Shown piece after piece: positions 36,276 through 39,410 of a stretch of DNA of 39,410 nucleotides; position 1 is the first letter of the stretch; the number at the start of each line of letters is the position of its first letter. Where the stretch lies: positions 1-39,410 of the IMG/VR virus record IMGVR_UViG_3300044820_000033; one strand, given 5' to 3'. Under the pieces are notes generated by a model. It did no database searches, had not been told where the DNA came from, and saw only the letters and a list, made by a program, of their open reading frames with translations. The stretch is from a virus (lineage: Duplodnaviria > Caudoviricetes). A program made the translations under genes and the position numbers.

Positions 36276-36989
36276 TTAGAGGATCCGGAAATATGAGCGG
36301 AGAGCGGGCGCGATCGTGATCGGCGTCGACTCTTGATCGCGGCCTTGTGCCAATCGCATCCGGGCGTCAGCTTGCGCATAAAGCGCTGGAGCCTTTTCCG
36401 GCTTGTAGCTTTCGGCGAGCCTTGCCGCTGTACTTGTACACAGAGCGTCGAGGAAGCGATAAGGGCTATCGACGCCTTGCGAGTTCGTGAGGTCGATATC
36501 CTGCAACTGCCGGAAGGTTTGCACATTCGCGACGTAGGGGCCGCCTGCGTCCGGTGTTGGCCAGAACGTTATCGTCGGGACAGCGAGCAGGGAGAAGAAA
36601 TAGGAGGTCGGAGGGCCAGCCTGTGCCTTTGTGGGCGTGGCTGCATATTCATAGGCCGAGATAGGACCGATTGTTCGCTCGACGAGCGTCGCGCCCGAAC
36701 CCGTGGCGATTGTGACGATGGACACGGCGAGCGTCCTATTCGGAAGCGAATAAGTCGCCGTTGTCGAGGTCAAAGGGACCGGGACCGTTTCCATGGCGAA
36801 CCGCATTGGATTGCGATTGCTCATGTCGATCATTGCGAAGTTCGCGGCCATCCCAGCATCGATGAAATGCTGGGTGGTTAGTTCTGTAGGCCGCATGTTT
36901 ATAAGCGAATAGGCATACAGAACCAGATCGGCCGCCGAGGGAGCAAAGGTGTAAGTCCCTGTGCCCCCAAGGTTTGTCGGGATGGTCAT
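36276..36989 (-). CDS. Head-tail connector / adaptor-like protein
   Basis: GTYTF N-terminus, GPPTSY, FWPTPD, PYRFLDAL; start set at ATG 36989. Confidence 0.65.
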   Translation of the reverse strand: MTIPTNLGGTGTYTFAPSAADLVLYAYSLINMRPTELTTQHFIDAGMAANFAMIDMSNRNPMRFAMETVPVPLTSTTATYSLPNRTLAVSIVTIATGSGATLVERTIGPISAYEYAATPTKAQAGPPTSYFFSLLAVPTITFWPTPDAGGPYVANVQTFRQLQDIDLTNSQGVDSPYRFLDALCTSTAARLAESYKPEKAPALYAQADARMRLAQGRDQESTPITIAPALRSYFRIL

Positions 36990-36990
36990 T

Positions 36991-37569
36991 TTACGACCCG
37001 GAAACGGGAAGCTCAATCCAAGACAGCGAGCCCTGATAGGTCGAGCCAGGAGCGACGGAGCCGCCAAGGCCGATATAAGTTCCAGGGGTGACGATGACGG
37101 TGCCATCGAAATCATGCGTCAGAACAGGATTCGAGTCCGTAGGCGTGCCCGTTGTGCTCGTCATGCCGAGATCGTAAAAGAATGTCGGGGCCGTGATCGT
37201 TGCGGACAGCGTAAAGCGGCCCAACGAGGGAGCAGCGCCGCCACCATAAGCGCCGATAAGACCAGAAAGCGAAGCTGTCTGTGTAAAGGCCGAAATCGGC
37301 GCAGCGGTAGCGGTCGCATTGCCCGCATTTGCGAGATACGACAGACCGAGAGCCGCGACGATGTTGGTTCCGAGTGTGGCAATGGCGAGATTGAGTTTCA
37401 CCAGCACCAAGTTCACGCCGGACCCGGCAGGATTCCACAGACCGAAGACTTGAGCCGTGGCGTTATAAGCGGGAATTGCGACACCGGCATAAGTCGTTGA
37501 GCCGATGAACAGCTTGCCCGCAAGAACCTGAGAGGGAAGATACCCAGGCTGAAACATTGAAGAGGCCAT
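36991..37569 (-). CDS. Hypothetical structural protein
   Basis: 192 aa beta-rich, LWNPAGSG motif, ends SWIELP. Confidence 0.6.
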   Translation of the reverse strand: MASSMFQPGYLPSQVLAGKLFIGSTTYAGVAIPAYNATAQVFGLWNPAGSGVNLVLVKLNLAIATLGTNIVAALGLSYLANAGNATATAAPISAFTQTASLSGLIGAYGGGAAPSLGRFTLSATITAPTFFYDLGMTSTTGTPTDSNPVLTHDFDGTVIVTPGTYIGLGGSVAPGSTYQGSLSWIELPVSGS

Positions 37570-37580
37570 TTATTGCGTCC

Positions 37581-37925
37581 TTAGCAGGGAAGGCCGAGCC
37601 CCTGAGAAACGGCCAGCCGAACCTCCCCCGTCAAAGAGGCAAGGTTCAGCCTGACAGCCGTCACAGGAAAGCTGAGCGTATATTGTTGGGTTGTGGTTTG
37701 GCCGGGAGCCAAGTTTGGAAGCGGCAGCCAGCGAAGGTTTGCTGGCACGGTCGCCGTCAGGTCATCAGTCGTAAACTCGACCGAGTAATTCGCAACCCCG
37801 CTCACGATGTCGACAACGACCGACGCATTAAACGGGGCTTGCAAATGGTTCAGATTCGCGACCTGCTGACCTCCAAGAGTCTGAATAGTCCCGACCTTGT
37901 ATGTGTAGCGCTGGATTGCGGACAT
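37581..37925 (-). CDS. Hypothetical structural protein
   Basis: 114 aa, YSVEFTTDD...W...FPVTAVRL...QG. Confidence 0.65.
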   Translation of the reverse strand: MSAIQRYTYKVGTIQTLGGQQVANLNHLQAPFNASVVVDIVSGVANYSVEFTTDDLTATVPANLRWLPLPNLAPGQTTTQQYTLSFPVTAVRLNLASLTGEVRLAVSQGLGLPC

Positions 37926-37939
37926 ACGCGAAGCCCTTT

Positions 37940-37974
37940 CAAAAAGGCGAAGGGGCGTTTCGGCCCCCTCTTTT
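37940..37974 (-). terminator. Probable Rho-independent terminator after capsid/spike genes
   Basis: Minus strand GAGGGGGC-CGAAAC-GCCCCTTC then GCCTTTTT. Confidence 0.55.
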
Positions 37975-37979
37975 CAGGC

Positions 37980-38159
37980 TTAGCTGCAAGCTTTGCCGCC
38001 GCGTTTGCGATCAAGGCGAGGCTTGCCCTTATCTCCGCTGACGATCCCAGGAGAACCGCCCTCTTTGGCGAGTTTGAAGACGTGCGGATTGCCCACCTCG
38101 GACACGGCGCCGCCTTCGGCGCGGGGTTTGTTCCCGCCCTTATGACGAATTCTAGACAT
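37980..38159 (-). CDS. 59-aa basic peptide with xAxGG motifs (absent from the ORF track)
   Basis: GGAG RBS; MSRIRHKGGNKPRAEGGAVSEVGNPHVFKLAKEGGSPGIVSGDKGKPRLDRKRGGKACS; fills the intergenic gap. Confidence 0.7.
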   Translation of the reverse strand: MSRIRHKGGNKPRAEGGAVSEVGNPHVFKLAKEGGSPGIVSGDKGKPRLDRKRGGKACS

Positions 38160-38178
38160 GATTTGTGTCTCCTAGAGA

Positions 38179-39410
38179 TTAAACGAGAGCGACGTTCGCG
38201 CCGGCCGTGAGGCGTGAGCAAAGGATGTGGATGTCTATGGTTCCCGCACCCGTGCAGTCTGCACCAGTCGATGACAGCTTGAACTTTTTGCCAGATTCCA
38301 ACGTGGTCCTGATCTTCGTGACCGAAGCGCCGGTCATATCGACCGATTTATTGGCTCCGAGGTTCGCTACAGTTTCCGCAAAGAAAACGGCAATACCGTT
38401 GGCGTTGTCCGAGGTGATCTGGAAGTTGGTTCCTGTCGCAAGCCCCGTCGCCGCCGTCTTAACGATCACGTCTTTGACGGCGATGTCGCCACCCACAGAC
38501 GGCAAGGTCAAGTCGACACCGGCCTGGACAATCGTCGAGGAGACGACGCCCTTTTTCACGAGCCAGAAATCCGAACCAGCGTCGAGACGCCCGTTGTTTC
38601 CGACGTTGCCGCCAGAAGCGTCGAGTGCCGTGCCGAATATCGCCGCGCTCGGTGAGTTAGCACCGGACTCGAAGGTATTACGGTAAGCTTGACCTGTGAC
38701 CGCCGAAATGAAGTTCAGCGCGGGCTTCGAAGCCGTCAGGTTGCGAACGTAGTTGTCGTGCACGTTGACGTTGGTTAGAACCTTGCCGGTGATGTTGTGA
38801 ATGCCGGACAGCGCATAGTTTCCTATGACGTAGTTTCCGCCAATCTCGATGTTGTCGTGAACAACCGTCAGGCCGATAGCGTGGTTATAGTTACCCGCCG
38901 CGGTCGTGTAGAAGTAGTTGTTCAAAATCTTCGCGCCGTCCGCCTGATTTGCGGTCGAATTCACGAAGTCGATGAACGACAAGCCGGTTGTGGTGCCATT
39001 GTCAGTGAACAGGTTTCCCTGAATGACGACGCTTTTACCACGAATATCGAACATCGTGGCAAGGCTGTTGACGGCGTTAACGAACTTGAGACCCGACACC
39101 GTCACACCGTCCGCAGTGATACGGAAAGAGGCGGTTGTGGCCGTCTTGAAGTTGATAACGGGAGGAGCGGCGTTAGTGCTTAAGCTGCCGGGGCCTTGGA
39201 TGTCGACGCCAGCCACGGAGCAAAGAAGCCCTGCAGCCGCCGTCACGTCTTCGGTATGACCATCGAGCAAGACAATCGTGTCATTGGCCGCAAGGTTTGC
39301 CTGCGAAAGAGCGTAGGCCAGCGTTGCGAACGGCTGATCCATGGACGTGCCAGGATAGCCGTTCGAGCCGAGGGCGGAACTGACGAACCAATAGTTCTTG
39401 TTCGACAGAA
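38179..39410 (-). CDS. Right-handed beta-helix (pectin-lyase-like) tailspike/virion protein, 3' part
   Basis: PFATLAYAL...NDTIVL cap followed by Asn-rich rungs (VVIQGNLF, KILNNYF, EIGGNYV, NVHDNYV); start at 305 via the terminal overlap. Confidence 0.75.
   Translation of the reverse strand, partial: LSNKNYWFVSSALGSNGYPGTSMDQPFATLAYALSQANLAANDTIVLLDGHTEDVTAAAGLLCSVAGVDIQGPGSLSTNAAPPVINFKTATTASFRITADGVTVSGLKFVNAVNSLATMFDIRGKSVVIQGNLFTDNGTTTGLSFIDFVNSTANQADGAKILNNYFYTTAAGNYNHAIGLTVVHDNIEIGGNYVIGNYALSGIHNITGKVLTNVNVHDNYVRNLTASKPALNFISAVTGQAYRNTFESGANSPSAAIFGTALDASGGNVGNNGRLDAGSDFWLVKKGVVSSTIVQAGVDLTLPSVGGDIAVKDVIVKTAATGLATGTNFQITSDNANGIAVFFAETVANLGANKSVDMTGASVTKIRTTLESGKKFKLSSTGADCTGAGTIDIHILCSRLTAGANVALV
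39173..39410. repeat. Terminal direct repeat, copy 2
   Basis: Last 127 bp identical to 112-238. Confidence 0.95.

Larger units (their letters stand above)
1..39410. mobile_element. Complete podovirus-type phage genome, probable phage-plasmid
   Basis: Full head, tail and packaging set; terminal overlap; ParA/RHH, resolvase/res, initiator; no integrase and no host genes. Confidence 0.8.

Noticed and set aside
326-39342. Alternative genetic code
   Set aside because: Genes tile densely under the standard code using TAA, TAG and TGA stops

Overview
The window is an apparently complete, circularly closing genome (about 39.2 kb unique) of a short-tailed, podovirus-type temperate phage. An alphaproteobacterial host is an inference from composition and gene style. 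The minus strand carries a late operon (TerS, TerL, portal, GroES-like co-chaperonin, scaffold, major capsid, beta-helix spike gene spanning the contig ends, adaptors, gp10-like nozzle, two large ejection proteins, tail fibres) and a replication operon (DnaB, HTH initiator with internal iterons, Prim-Pol). I see no integrase, CI-type repressor or endolysin. Instead there is a ParA plus small RHH-like partition pair and a small serine resolvase with a res-like site, which points to a phage-plasmid lifestyle. A plus-strand accessory island encodes a membrane protein ending in a winged-helix domain, an orphan protein, a repeat-dense spacer and a YadA-like trimeric autotransporter. The most unusual signal is a non-canonical tRNA-like RNA after terS whose 'anticodon' loop (CAGCGC) is complementary to the identical loops (GCGCUG) of two hairpins in the leader of the capsid genes, a candidate RNA-RNA regulatory system. 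All family assignments come from motif recognition by eye, not from database searches.
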